From the human T2T-CHM13v2.0 reference genome, Homo sapiens: DNA of 64,000 bases. Below the pieces are notes generated by a model. That model saw only the letters and a program-made list of their open reading frames with translations, made no database searches and had not been told where the DNA came from. The DNA is taken from assembly GCF_009914755.1 (NCBI RefSeq), contig NC_060938.1; one strand, written 5' to 3'. Position numbers and translations under genes: made by a program. Positions 1 to 12,779 of the stretch are shown here, one piece after another (position 1 is the stretch's first letter; every line of letters starts with the position of its first letter).

Positions 1-1715
1 TCTTACTTTCTAATCTAAACATAACAACAAGTAAACATTGCATTTAAAAATATCCCAGCCATTCAGTATGAGTAAGTTTGGTTATTATAAACATTATGGG
101 ATGATGAATACAAAGACACATTCCTGGAGTGATGAATTGCCTCCTGTAAGGACAAGTACAAATGATGAGTGTCTTTAAATTTGTAAGTAAGTCAGCTTTC
201 TTTCTTTTATTTGCTAGACTCAATCTGTGTCAAAGTGACTCAAGTTTAGTTTCCACTTAAATAACATTTCAGAAAATAAATCACATTAACTCAGTGAGAT
301 TTCTTGTTACTTCATACTACTGTTTTTCAAAATTACAAATTGTCTTGACACTAAGGTATTCACAATGATTAATTTGGCTGATTACTCAATTATTTCCTTC
401 TAAAATTAGAAACTTCAAAGTGTTTTTAGATTTAAATGACGAGCATTCCAGTAATACTGTTGATCAATCATTTTATGTTAATGATTAAAAGCAGTAAATG
501 TTCCTCTATTCGCCTTAGCTACTCCAAATAGTGTGTCAAACACAGCAAGCTCTATTTATTGTCATAGCATTTTAACATGGGCCACCAAGAGTGAGACAGC
601 ATAGATTAAACACTGGTCAAGGAGTTTATATTCTTCACTCAATAACTGATTTCAGTGGTTTTGGGAAAGGACTACTCCATAATTAAAATGTGTTATTTAA
701 TAAGCCATGCTATTTGGGCATTTGTTTTCTTCTAGAAATAAGTTTTGTGTTTTGAAAAGCTGCATTTTCAGGATTCTGTACAGCAGTGAGAAGATGATAA
801 TTTCCTAAATGGTTCCAGCAGGCACTTAATTATTCACAGAGAATAATGTTGTGGAGAGTTAGTATATCTCATTGTAGGAGCCATAATTTAGATATTATAC
901 AAATTAGTTTAATTAAGTTTTGAAATCATTAATTCGACACAGAAATGATCATGGTTGTTTAAATGATACAAACTAACAATAAGCTATTATGCATGAAGAA
1001 TAAATTTATCAATAAGTTACTTTGTTATAATAACAACTTCTCACGTCTTCATTTTATAGAATTCACTTCTGAGCCATTTCCTGGTGTTAAGATGGGAAAA
1101 AAACATAAGATGTATGGAAATTTTTCATCAAATGGCTATTCTTTCTCAATTATATTTCCTTCTTTCGCTTCTACCATATTTGTGCTTGAATACACAGTCA
1201 TCTTAAGTCTTCTATATGCACGTTATCTCCCTAGGTGATTTATTTTCATTTCATAGCTTTATATTTAAGCCACTGCTTGCTTTAGAATACCTATATTCAA
1301 CTGACAACTCAATATGAGATTTTTGACTTTGTCCTTCAATTTTTTTCAACTTTTATTTTAAGTTCAGGGGCGTATGTGCAGGTTTGTTACGTAGATAAAC
1401 TTGTGTCATGGGGGTTGATTGTACAGATTATTTTATCACCCACACATTAAGCCTAGTACCCATTAGTTATTTTTTCTGATCCTCTTTCTCCTCCCACCCT
1501 GCACCTTCTGATAGGCCCCAGTGTGTGTTGTTTCTCTCTATGTGTCCATATGTTCTCATCATTTAGCTCCCGCTTATGAGGGAAAACATATAGTACTGGT
1601 TTTCTGTTTCTGTATTATTTTGCTAAGGATAATGGCCTCCATCTTCATGCATGTCTCTGCAAAGGACATAATCTCGTTTGTTTTTATGGCTGCATAGTAT
1701 TTCATTGTGTATATG

Positions 1716-2476
1716 TGTGAGAGTAGATGGCTACTCAGGCATGAGCAGGGGAGGAGAGGGTTCCCCACATCCCCACCAGGAATGCCATGCAACCATCAGG
1801 TGATGGTCAGGTGGTTGTTAACCATCTCTCTAAAATAATAATTGTTCACATCCAGCACTAGGGAAAGCCTGTCTCCCAATGGATAGAAAAAACCTAAAAC
1901 TGGTGATCAGCATCTTCTCAACAAGGTCTTGGGAGTTGGGCAAGAGGGCTCCAGCATGCTCAAGCATGCACACTAAAAGGCGAAATGGCAGAGTTTAACT
2001 GGTATTTGACCTTCCTCTAGGAATGCTGGACTGGTAAGGGAAGAACACCTTAAGTGAGCATGCATGCAACTCCAATAAACACACTGTGCATGCGGCCCCT
2101 CCCAAGTGCTAACAGGCCACTGTACATGTGGACAGCCCGACCCAAGGGAATAATCAGGGGAGAAGGGATTTAAGACCCTGGAATAATGCCAATGTATAAA
2201 ACCCCAAGTCAAATGTCAAACACAGTAGATCTCTCAGGTTGCCTACTTGGCCCTCTTCCAAGTGTACTTTATTTCCTTTCATTCTTGCTGTAAATCTTTT
2301 TAATAAGCTTTCACTCCTGCTCTAAAACTTGCCTCGGTCTCTCCTTTATCCTTCTGCCCCTCAGTCAAATTTTTCTTCTGAGGAGGCAAGAATTGAGGCT
2401 GCTGCAGACCCATATGCATTAGCTGCCAGTAACATACTTTGGTGTCCCATGGCTTGGATACATTCTACTGCTAACA
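1716..2476 (+). mobile_element. ERV1 solo LTR, MER50-like, nested in the L1 3' region
   Basis: TG...CA termini (tgtgagagtag...ctaaca), TATA-like tgtataaaa near 2193 and a U5-like ctttcactcctgctctaaaacttgcctcggtctc. The host L1 reads gtgtatatg before the LTR and taccacatttt after it. Family assigned from the recalled consensus. Confidence 0.8.
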
Positions 2477-5304
2477 AACTTACCACATTTTCTTTATACA
2501 GTCTGTCATTGATGGGCATTTAGGTTGATTCCATGTCTTTGCAATTGTGAATAGTGCTGCAATGAACATACAAATGTGTGTGTCTTTATAATAGAACAAT
2601 TTATATTTTGGGGCATATATACCCAGTAATAGGATTGCTGGGTCAAATGGTATTTCTGACTTTAAGTTACTGAGGAATCACCACATTGTCTTTTACAATC
2701 AGTGAATTAATTTACACTCTTACCAACATTGCATAAGCATTCCTCTTTCTCCACAATCTTGCCAGCACCTATTATTTTTTGACCTTTTTATAGTAGCCAT
2801 TCTAACTGATGTGAGATAGTATCTCACTGTGGTTTTGATTTGCATTTCTCTAATGATCAGTGATGTTGAGCTTTTTTTGCATATAATTGTTGGCTGCAAT
2901 ATGTCTTGTTTTGAAAAGTGTCCGTTCATGTCCTTTGCCCACTTTTTAATGGGGTTGATTTTTTCTTGTAAACTTGGTTAAGTTCCTTATAGATGCTGGA
3001 TATAAGACCTTTGTTAGATGCACAGTTTGCAAAAATTCTCTCCCATTCTGTAGCTTGTCTGTTTACTCTGTTAGTTTATTTTGCTGTGTCAAAGCTCTTT
3101 AGTTTAATTACATCTCGTTTGTCAATTTTTGCTCTTGTTGCAATTGCTTTCGGCATCTTTGTCATGAAACCTTTGACTGTGCCTATGTCCTGAATGGTAT
3201 TACCTAGGCTGTCTACCGGGGTTTTTATAGTTTTGGGTTTTACATTTAAGTCTTTAATCCATCTTGAGTTAATTTTTGTATATGGTTTAAGGAAGGGGTC
3301 CAGTTTCAATATTCTTCATATGGCTAGCCAGTTCTCCCAGCACCATTTATTAAATAGGGAATACTTCCCCCATTGCTTGTTTTTATCAGGTTTGTTGAAG
3401 ATCAAATAGTTGTAGGTGTGCGGTCTTATTTTTGGGTTCTCTATTCTGTTCCATTGTTACATGTGTCTGTTTTTGTACCAGTACCATGCTGTTTAGGTTA
3501 CCGTAGCCCCATCATATAGTTTGAAGTCAGGTAGCATGATGTCTTCAGCTTTGTTCTTTTTGCTTAGGATTGCCTTCATTATTCTGGCTCTTTTTTGTTC
3601 CCATATGAATTTTTAAATAGTTTTTCCAGTTCTGTGAAGAATCTGAATGTTAGTTTAATAGGAATAATATTGAATCTTTACATTGGTGTGGGCAGTATAG
3701 CCATTTTAACGATACTGATTTTTACTATCCATAAGCATGGAATGCTTTTCCATTTGTTTGTGTCATCTCTGATTTCTTTGAGCAGTGGTTCGTAGTTATC
3801 CTTGTGGAGATCCTTCGTCTCCCTGGTTAGCTGTATTCCTGTGTTTTATTCTTTCTGTGGCAGTTGTGAATGGGAGTTCATTTCTGATTTGGCTCTCAGT
3901 TTGACTGTTGTTGATGTAAAGGAATGCTAGTAATTTTTGCATATTAATTTTGTAACCTACAAATTCGCTGAAGTCTAAGGATATTTTGGAATGAGATTAT
4001 CAAGTTTTCTAAATATAGGGTCATGTCATTTGCAAACAGGGATAGTTTGTCTTCCTCTCTTCCTATTTGGATGCCTTTCTTTCTTTCTCTTGCCTGATTG
4101 CCCTGGCCATGACTTCCATTACTCTGATGTATAGGAGTGGTGAGAGAGGGAATTCTTGTCTTGTACCAGTTTTCAAGGGGAATGCTTCCAGCTTTCATCC
4201 ATTCAGTATGATGTTAGCTGTGAGTTTGTCATACATAGCTCTTATTATTTTTAGATATGTTCCTTCAATATCTAATTTATTGAGAGTTTTTAACATGAAT
4301 GGATATTGAATTTTATTGAAATCCTTTTCTTCATCTATGGAGATAATCATACAGGTTTTGTCTTTAGTTCTGTTTATGTGGTGAATCACATTTATTGATT
4401 TGTGTCTGTTGAACCAACCTTGCATCACAGGGATAAAGCCTACTTGATTGTTGTGAATAAGCTTTTTGATTTGCTGCTGTATTTGGTTTGCTAGTATTTT
4501 GTTGAGAATTTTTGCATTGATGTTCATCAAGGATATTGGCCTGAAGTATTCTTTTTTTTGTTCTATCTCTGCTAGTTTTTGGTATCAGGATATTGCTGGC
4601 CTCATAGAATGAGCTAGGGAGGAGTCCCTTCTCCTCAATTTTTTGGAATAGTTTCAGTAGGGATGGTACCAGCTCTTCTTTGTACTTCCGATAAAATTCA
4701 GCTGTGAATTCATCTGGCCCTGGTCCTTTTTTTGGTAGGCTATTTATTCTGCCTCAATTTCAGAGCTCATTATTGCTCTGTTCAGGGATTCATTTTCTTC
4801 CTGGTTTAGCCTTGGGAGGGTGTGTGTGTCCAGGAATTTATCCATTCTTGTAGATTTTTTTTGTGCATAGAGGTGTTCATAATATTCTCTGATGATAGTT
4901 TATATTTTTGTGGGGTCAGTGTTAATATCCCCTTTGTTGTTTCTGATTGTGGTTATTTGAATCTTCTTTCCTTCTGTATTATTCTAGCCAGCAGTCTATC
5001 CTTTTTATTAATTTTTTCAAAAACAAGCTCCTGAATTTATTGATCTTTTGAATGGGTTTTTTTGTGTTTCGATCTCCTTCAGTTCAACTCTGATTTTTGT
5101 TATTTTCTGTCTTCTACTAAGTTTGGGATTTGTTTGCTCTTGCTTCTCTAGTTTTATTAGTTGTAATATTAGGTTATTTACTTGACATCTTTCTAACTTT
5201 TTGATGTGGGCATTTAGTGCTATAAATTTTCCTCTTAACATTGCCTTAACTGTGTCTCAAAGATTCTGGTATGTTGTAACTTTCTCATTAGTTTAAAAAA
5301 ACTT

Positions 5305-6249
5305 TGTTTGAGTTCATTATAGATTGTGGATATTAGCCCTTTGTCAGATGAGTAGGTTGTGAAAATTTTCTCCCATTTTGTAGGTTGCCTGTTCACTCTG
5401 GTGGTAGTTTCTTTTGCTGTGCAGAAGGACATGAACAGACACTTCTCAAAAGAAGACATTTATGCAGCCAAAAAACACATGAAAAAATGCTCACCATCAC
5501 GGGCCATCAGAGAAATGCAAATCAAAACCACAATGAGATACCATCTCACACCAGTTAGAATGGTGATCATTAAAAAGTCAGGAAAAAACAGGTGCTGGAG
5601 AGGATGTGGAGAAATAGGAACACTTTTACACTGTTGGTGGGACTGTAAACTAGTTCAACCATTATGGAAGTCAGTGTGGCGATTCCTCAGGGATCTAGAA
5701 CTAGAAATACCATTTGACCCAGCCATCCCATTACTGGGTATATACCCAAAGGACTGTAAATCATGCTGCTATAAAGACACATGCACACGTATGTTTATTG
5801 TGGCACTATTCACAATAGCAAAGACTTGGAACCAACCAAATGTCCAACAATGATAGACTGGATTAAGAAAATGTGGCATATATACACCATGGAATACTAT
5901 GCAGCCATAAAAAATGATGAGTTCATGTCCTTTGTAGGGACATGGATGAAATTGGAAATCATCATTCTCAGTAAACTATCGCAAGGACAAAAAAACCAAA
6001 CACCGCATATTCTCACTCATAGGTGGGAACTGAACAATGAGAACACATGGACACAGGAAGGGGAACATCACACTCTGGGGACTGTTGTGGGGTGGGGGGA
6101 GGGGGGATGGATAGCATTAGGAGATATACCTAATGCTAAATGACAAGTTAATGGGTGCAGCACACCAGCATGGCACATGTATACATATGTAACTAACCTG
6201 TACATTGTGCACATGTACCCTAAAACTTAAAGTATAATAATAATAAAAT
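5305..6249 (+). mobile_element. Young L1PA3-like 3' fragment with a 5' inversion (inverted 5305-5427, direct 5424-6249), nested in the older L1
   Basis: The direct part has the ORF2 C-terminus ([14 protein letters not shown]...), the 3'UTR (gcattaggagatatacctaatgctaaatgac) and an A-rich tail. The inverted part is the upstream ORF2 segment. TSD aaaaactt at 5297-5304 and 6250-6257; host L1 resumes at cttgattt. Confidence 0.92.
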
Positions 6250-8004
6250 AAAAACTTCTTGATTTATACCTTAATTTTATTATTTACCTAAATAATAGGT
6301 ATTTAGAAGCAGAGTATTCAATTTCCATTCAATTGTATAGTTTTGGGTGAATTTCTTAGTCTTAATCAGTATTTTGATTGTACTATAGTCTGAAAGACTG
6401 TTATGATTTCAGTTCTTTTGCATTTGCTGAGGAATGTTTTACTCCCAATTACGGATTGATGTTAGAATATGTGCCATGTAGCAATGAGAAGGTATATTTT
6501 GTTGTTTTTGGGTGGAGAGTTCTTTTAATATTTATCAGGTCCTTTTGATCCAGTGTTGAATTCAGGTCCAGAATATCTTTATTAATTTTCTGCCTCAAAG
6601 ATATGTCTAATATTGTCAGGTGTTAAAGTCTCCTACCATTATTGTGTGGGAGTCTAAGTCTCTTTGAAGGTCTCTAAGAACTTGCTTTATGAATCTGAAT
6701 GTTCCTGTGTTGGGTGCATATATATTTAGGATAGTTAGATCTTCTTGTTGAATTGAACCCTTTACCATTAGGTAATGGCCTTCTTTGTCTTTTTTGACAT
6801 TTGTTGGTTTAAAGTCTGTTTTGTCAGAAACTAGGATTGCAACCCTGATGTTTTCTGTTTTCCATTTTCCTGGTAGATTTTTCTCTACTTCTTTATCTTG
6901 AGCTTATGTATGTCATTGCATGTGAGATGGGTCTTTTGAAGACAGCATACCAAAGGGTCTTAGTACTTTATCCCACTTGCCAGTTTGTGTCTTTTAACTG
7001 GGACATTTAGCCCATTTATATTTAAGGTTAGTATTGTTGTGTGAAGATTTGGTCCTGTCATCACAATGCTAGCTGGTTATTTTGCAGACTTACGTGTTTA
7101 CTTTATAATGTCACTGGTCAGTATACTTCAATGTGTTTTGTAGTGACTAGTAATGGTGTCAGTGTTTCCTTTTCATATTTAGTGCTTCCTTCAGGAGCTC
7201 TTGTAAGGCAGGTCTGTGGTAACAAATTTCTCAGCACTTGTTTGTCTAAAAAGGATCCTATTTCTCCTCAGCTTTTGAACTTCTAGGTTGGAATTTCTTT
7301 TCTTAAAAATGTTGAATATTGACCCCCAATCTCTTCTGGCTTGTAGAGTGTCAGCTGAGAGGTCCACTCTTAGTCTGAGAGCTTCCCTTTGTGTGTGACC
7401 TGGTCTTTCTCTCTAGCTGCCTTTAACATTTTTTTTCTTTCATTTTGACCTTGGGGAATCTGAAAATTATATGTCTTGGGGATGATCTTCTTGTGAAGTA
7501 TCTTACAGGGATTCTCTGCATTTCCTGAGTTGAATGTTGGCCTCTGCAGCTAGGTTGGGGAAATTCTCTTGGATGACATCCTGAAATATGTTTTCTGAGT
7601 TGGTTGCATTCTCCCTATCTCTTTCAGGTGCAGCAATCAGTTGTAGATTCAGTTTCTTTGCATAATCCCATGTTTCTAAGAGGTTTTGCTCATTCATTCT
7701 CATTTGTTTTTCTCTATTGTTGTCTGCCTATCTTATGTCAGGAAGTCATTCTTCAAGCTCTGACATTCTTTCGTCTGTTTCGGCTGTTCTGCTATTAATA
7801 TTTGTAATTTCATTATGAAATTCTTGTGTTTTTCAGCTCTGTCAGTTCAGTTACATCCTTCTCTATACTGGCTATTTTGTCTGTCAGCTCATTCAATTCT
7901 TATCTTGATTTTTAGCTTTCTTGCATTGGGTTAGAATGTGTTTCTGTAGTTCAATTAACTTTGTACCTATCCATTCTGAATTCTACTTCTGTCATTTCAG
8001 CCAT

Positions 8005-8111
8005 AAAAATATGGAATACTTCACGAATTTGCAAGTCATCATTGCATAGGTGCCAAGATAATCTTTTCTGTGTCTTTCCAATTTTAGTATATGTCCTGCC
8101 AAAATAAGCAC
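8005..8111 (-). pseudogene. Full-length U6 snRNA retrocopy (RNU6-type pseudogene) fused 5' of L1
   Basis: 107 nt aligning without gaps to U6 (GTGCTCGCTTCGGCAGCAC...TTCCATATTTTT), about 18 substitutions by my count (~83%). The ACAGAGA box is mutated to ACAGAAA, and the 5' G abuts the TSD directly. Confidence 0.95.
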
Positions 8112-9260
8112 TGTCCTTCAATTTTTAAGAGTTCTTTAAATAATAAGGATATTAACCCTGTGTCCATGGTATAGCCTGTGAATATTATCTACTAGTTGTC
8201 AACAGTATTTTGCCTTGTTTATGATTCACTTTGCAATGCATTTGTTCAGGGAATCAGATTTATAGCTCTTTCTTTCATTTCCTTTGGATTTGAGTCAGAA
8301 TTCTATACCATTGTTAAAGAGTAATTTGCCTAAGTTTCTTCTAGTATTTTTATGGTTTTCTTTTTACTTTTAGAGGTACCTAAGTTATTTGGAATTTACT
8401 CTTTTATATAGTATGAGGTATGGGCCAAATTTTATTTATATGGCTACAGGTTTTTCAGCATCATTTATTTAAAAATCCATCTTGCCCCAGTGGTTTAAGA
8501 TGCCATTTTATAATATGCTAAATTTCTCTATGTGCTGGGGTTAATTTCTGTACTTTCTCTTGTACTCCATTGCCATGTTTGCCTGTACATCGCTACTTTA
8601 ATTTTACAGGTAGTGTATCACATGTTTTAGTGTTAGAGCAGAGCTACTTTCCTATCATAAATATATTTTTCAAAATTTCCTGGCTATTCATGCATGTTTA
8701 TTTTTTCATATTAACTTTAGTTCACAATTTGATTCACTCCCTACAACAGTTTGTTGGCATTTGTATTCTTACTGCATTCACTTTATAGATTAATATATGG
8801 AGAATTGTTATCTTTTAAATATTGTGGTGTTGTTTTAATTCTATTTCTGTACCCTTTAGTGTTGTCCTAACATTTTTCTATATAAGATTTGCACATTTCT
8901 TGTTAACTTTTTCTAAATAGTTAATATTTATTATTGCTATTATAACTAAAGTTTTCCTACCAATATGTCATCTATTATTTCTGAGTAAAAAACAATTGAT
9001 TTTTGATAATTAATTTTATATTCTGCTACTTGACCGAATTATTTTATGATTTGACTTAGTTTTAACATTGATTGCTGCTATCATGGTTTTATGGTGCCTC
9101 TCCTATCATCTGAAAATAGAGACTAGCTGACTTTTTCTTTACCCCTTTTTGGACCACTAATTAATTTATCCTGCCTATTTGCATTGGATAATAGTACCAA
9201 TACATTAATAGTTGACATAGTAGGCATCTTTTTCTTGTCTCTGATCTAAGTTATAATACC
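8112..9260 (-). mobile_element. Ancient L1M ORF2-region fossil (target of the U6/L1 insertion)
   Basis: Degenerate antisense L1 ORF2-like tracts (gagttctttaaataataaggatattaacc; cagcatcatttatttaaaaatcc; catctgaaaatagagac). Boundaries approximate. Confidence 0.65.
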
Positions 9261-10399
9261 TGTAGTGTTTATTAAAGAGAATACTGGAGGGACTCAGTAA
9301 GATAAAGTAATTAATTTCACCCCATCTTTCCCATTGAAAGAAACTATAAAACCTGGACAGAATGAAAAAAGAAGCTATTTGATGATAACTACATGCAAAC
9401 AAACAAGCAAACACATAACCAAACCTAAATCTAAACCCTGTACCTTGTATACAAATTAACTCAAAATGTATCACAAGTCTAAATGTAAACACAGAAAATA
9501 TATCTGTGGCCTAGGATTAATCAAAGCATTATTCATGACACCAAAAGCATGATCCATAAGCACCTCCTCCCCTCAGTCATTATTGCAAAATATAGGGGCT
9601 TTTGTTTGTTTTGTTGTTTGGGGAAGGATTATCAGTCTTCTCTTGTCCCGTAGAATCCAAATAAGGTCTTCTTTTTCTTCTTTTCTCCTTCATCATCCTA
9701 TTGCCAAAAGGTGCTTCTGCCTTCTTGTTTGCCCCATTTCCTCCCCCAGAAGCTATGCCTTTTTAAATTTCCCTTTGAGTCTATTGTATCCCTTTATATG
9801 GCATGGGCCATTGTAAGTTATAATTGCCCCTTTAAATACTGCCTCCCCCTAAATCATATATGTATATTTTAAACTCCTTCCCTTGTAGTTAATGTCACAA
9901 TCTGCTCAGATGACATTTATGCAGTATTTTAGATTTAGAATGGATTGAATATTTTTAGTGTCCATTGCAAATCATCTTTAGGCTCCTTTGGCTAATCTCT
10001 CTGTTTTATCTTTCCCATAGTTTTTTGCATTCCATCTTTGCTTGCCACAAAGCCTTGTGTCTGTGCAAGAGCAGTGTGGCAGCCTGAGAGATCTGCACTG
10101 GGATTTGGTGGGATATTTTTCTCTTTTTACAGATATTTACAATTTCAGCGTTGTATTCAAATTATGTTTTAGGCATACATTTGCATAATTTAACTTTCAC
10201 TTTTGATTTTTTAAGAATAAAAAGAGAACTTTCCTTTTTTTTGATTTGGAAAGGAAAATTTTGGACATTGTATGGCAACCATTATCCTTAGTTATCCAGA
10301 AGGATTGCTGAATTCAGTTTCCTCATATTGGGTTAAGTATTTGCTTTTATATTCCTAGCAGATATTATCCTCTAATTTTATTTTCTAATAAAGTGTTCA

Positions 10400-11990
10400 T
10401 TAGATTATGATGTCAAATTTTTCCTGATTTTATAAAATGTCTCCATTACAAAGTTAGGGTAAGATAGGCACATCATCATCTTGAAAACTTTGCTATTACA
10501 GAAAGTAAGAAAATGCTGCTAAAATAATAATAATCAGAAAACACACGGGGGCATATTATGAGGACATAGGAGGCAGTTGTAAGAGACACTTAACAGGCAA
10601 ATCCAGGAAAACTTAAACATCAAAGTAGGAATCCAAGAGTATGTAACAATCATAAATAAATAGGCAGGTAAATGAATGGGGGGAAGAGTGCTTCTTAAAG
10701 TACAGTATCCATTGCCAGTTGGTAAATGTTAAGCAATTGCAGAAGATGGAAAAATACAATTTTGTAACAGTTATAGTGAAGATTGGCTTAGGCAAGAGTG
10801 ATGAATGGTTGCTATAGCTAGGAAGATTTTTTAAATGAGATAGAGGATATTTGCTTGGTGTCCAAGTGCTTTCCTACAGATTCCTTATTAGTTGCAATGA
10901 AAAATAGTAATACTAAGAGAAGTAACACAACAACTTGATTGAGTGTAAAAATTAACATCAGCAGTGAGGGGCAGATTGACATAATATTCCTTTCAATGTG
11001 ATACCCTTTGAAGGACACAGCATTATTTAGGTAATTTTTAAACCCTGGAACGAAACACCTGAATCTAATCCTAGCAAACATCAGACAAACTCAAAGTGAG
11101 GGCAGATCCATTTACAAAACGAAAAGCAGATCATTCCAGGCCCAGAGCAGCATATTTATAATATGTTTCTAAAACATCTTGTCATAAAAAAGAGCAAGGA
11201 AGCTACACAAGATCACTTGGCTCTTTTCAAAAGTTTTCAGGAGTCAACATATCTCATTCTAGCAAAGACGGAACAATTTCATCATCATTAAGGAAAATAG
11301 TTGTAACAGGTTGAAACAGACCAAATATGATTAAATCTATATGTGCTCTTAACAATTTGAAAGTAATTGCCCATCACTGGTGAATACTAATAAAGCAATA
11401 TGTTATTTCAAAAATAGGCAATTTAAAAGAAAAAAACCAAGAATTATTTTATTTTCCTATAAAGACTACCATTGTAAAACCCAAAAGTTAATGGAAAATG
11501 TTTATTCCTACAGCTATAGTCTACTTATAATAAATCAAGAAAAAATGTAAGCATTTTCATGTTTCATAAATTTGGCAAAATTAATGGATACAGGAACTGG
11601 GCATGAAAGGCTGCTAATAAAAAACGTGAGACAATCAGGTAGTTGTGTGCTGTGTGTGGAAGAAAACACACCCATCACCTATAAAGTAGTTTTGCCAAAC
11701 ATTTTAATCTGCTTATTATGCTCATAAATCTGACAGATAAATGTTTAAAAATGCACCCATGGGACTCACCACCAAAATCCAGATAGTGGGGAACTCTATG
11801 GGACACATAACCTGTTTTTTTTCAACAAATAAACTGAAAGAAGGGAGAAAACAGGATGAGATCAGACCCTATAGATCTAAAGAGACTTAAGAGCCACATC
11901 AAACAGTAGCAATGTGTGGATCATACTTGGGTTCTGTTCAAAGAAACAATGTGTACAGAATATTCCTTTAAGTTTGATTTTATGACATTT
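10400..11990 (+). mobile_element. Ancient L1MC/L1ME-type 3' region fragments
   Basis: Recalled old-L1 3' motifs (cctgaatctaatcctagcaaacatcagacaaactcaaagtgaggg; agagacttaagagccacatcaaac). Highly diverged, boundaries approximate. Confidence 0.5.
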
Positions 11991-12001
11991 AAAAGAAAAT
12001 T

Positions 12002-12125
12002 GAGCCAGGGATGGTGAAGTGTGCCTTGTCCCAGCTACTGGGGAGGCTGAGGATGGAGGTTCACTTGAGTGCAGGAGTTCTAGGCCAGACTGAGCAACAT
12101 AGTGAGACTCCATCTTTTGTAAAAA
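12002..12125 (+). mobile_element. FLAM-type free left Alu monomer
   Basis: Single monomer: tcccagctactgggaggctgagg...ggagttctaggccagactgagcaacatagtgagactccatct followed by an A remnant. Confidence 0.8.
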
Positions 12126-12139
12126 GGAATACTATTTAT

Positions 12140-12425
12140 GATAATTGTATGAACGTTGAGGATATTAAGCTAAGTGAAAGAAGCCAGCTACAGAAGTACA
12201 AATACTACATGATTTTTATATGAGGTATATAAAATAGTCAAACTCATAGAAACAAAGTGTACAATTGTGGTTGCCTAGGGTTGGGCAGAGTGGAAATGAG
12301 GGGTTTCTATTCAACTAGTATAATGTTTCAGTTATGCAAAATGATTAAGTTTTGGAGATTTGCTATACAACATTGTAGTTGACAATAATGTGTTCTACAC
12401 ATAACACATTTGTGAAGAAGGTAAA
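12140..12425 (+). mobile_element. L1MA/L1MB-type 3' end fragment
   Basis: gctaagtgaaagaagccag...aaaatagtcaaactcatagaa...tttcagttatgcaaaatga. Confidence 0.7.
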
Positions 12426-12457
12426 AAAAAGTTACCTGTAGAAACTTCAATCCTGTT

Positions 12458-12478
12458 TGTGTGTGTGTGTGTGTGTGC
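12458..12478. repeat. (TG)n microsatellite
   Basis: Directly visible. Confidence 0.9.
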
Positions 12479-12569
12479 GTATACACTTAACAGAATTATA
12501 TAAATATGTTTACATCAACACTATGTTAATTTCCAAAAACTGTATGCAGCTGACATGTCCATTTATAGT

Positions 12570-12765
12570 AGACCGAGTTGGGATTAGAGTGAAGAAAGTG
12601 AAGCACTTGTTCAGGAGAAAAAATTAAGTGGCTATAAAAAGACTAATAATCAAGATACATAACATTTAATACAACATTTTAAAATCAATATTAATGCAAA
12701 AAAGCAGGATCCATATTATTGTTTCCTTTAGCCTCAGATTCCAATATAGCTCCACATGGAACTGA
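12570..12765. mobile_element. Probable hAT-type MITE (MER96B-like)
   Basis: tagagtgaagaaagtgaagcacttg...taatcaagatacataacattt...gcctcagattccaatatagctc resembles the recalled consensus; family uncertain. Confidence 0.4.
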
Positions 12766-12779
12766 TAATAGAATTGACT

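Larger units (their letters stand above)
1345..8004 (-). mobile_element. Old primate LINE-1 (L1PA13-like), 5'-truncated inside ORF1, ORFs disrupted; 3' part of a U6/L1 chimera; interrupted by two later insertions
   Basis: The L1 3'UTR is in reverse at 1345 (caacttttattttaagttcagggg...). ORF2 peptide fragments lie on the minus strand (4195-4530 [22 protein letters not shown], 3076-3309, 2720-2929, 5017-5241), plus an ORF1 fragment (7503-7703). The 15-bp TSD tgtccttcaattttt (1330-1344, 8112-8126) encloses L1 plus U6. Confidence 0.92.

Noticed and set aside
5359-5853. 164-aa ORF as a novel protein
   Set aside because: It crosses the inversion junction: antisense L1 sequence fused to the ORF2 C-terminus, starting at GTG.
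8005-8111. Functional U6 gene
   Set aside because: About 17% diverged, ACAGAGA box mutated, no recognisable upstream PSE promoter (the flank is TSD plus L1M), and fused to L1.
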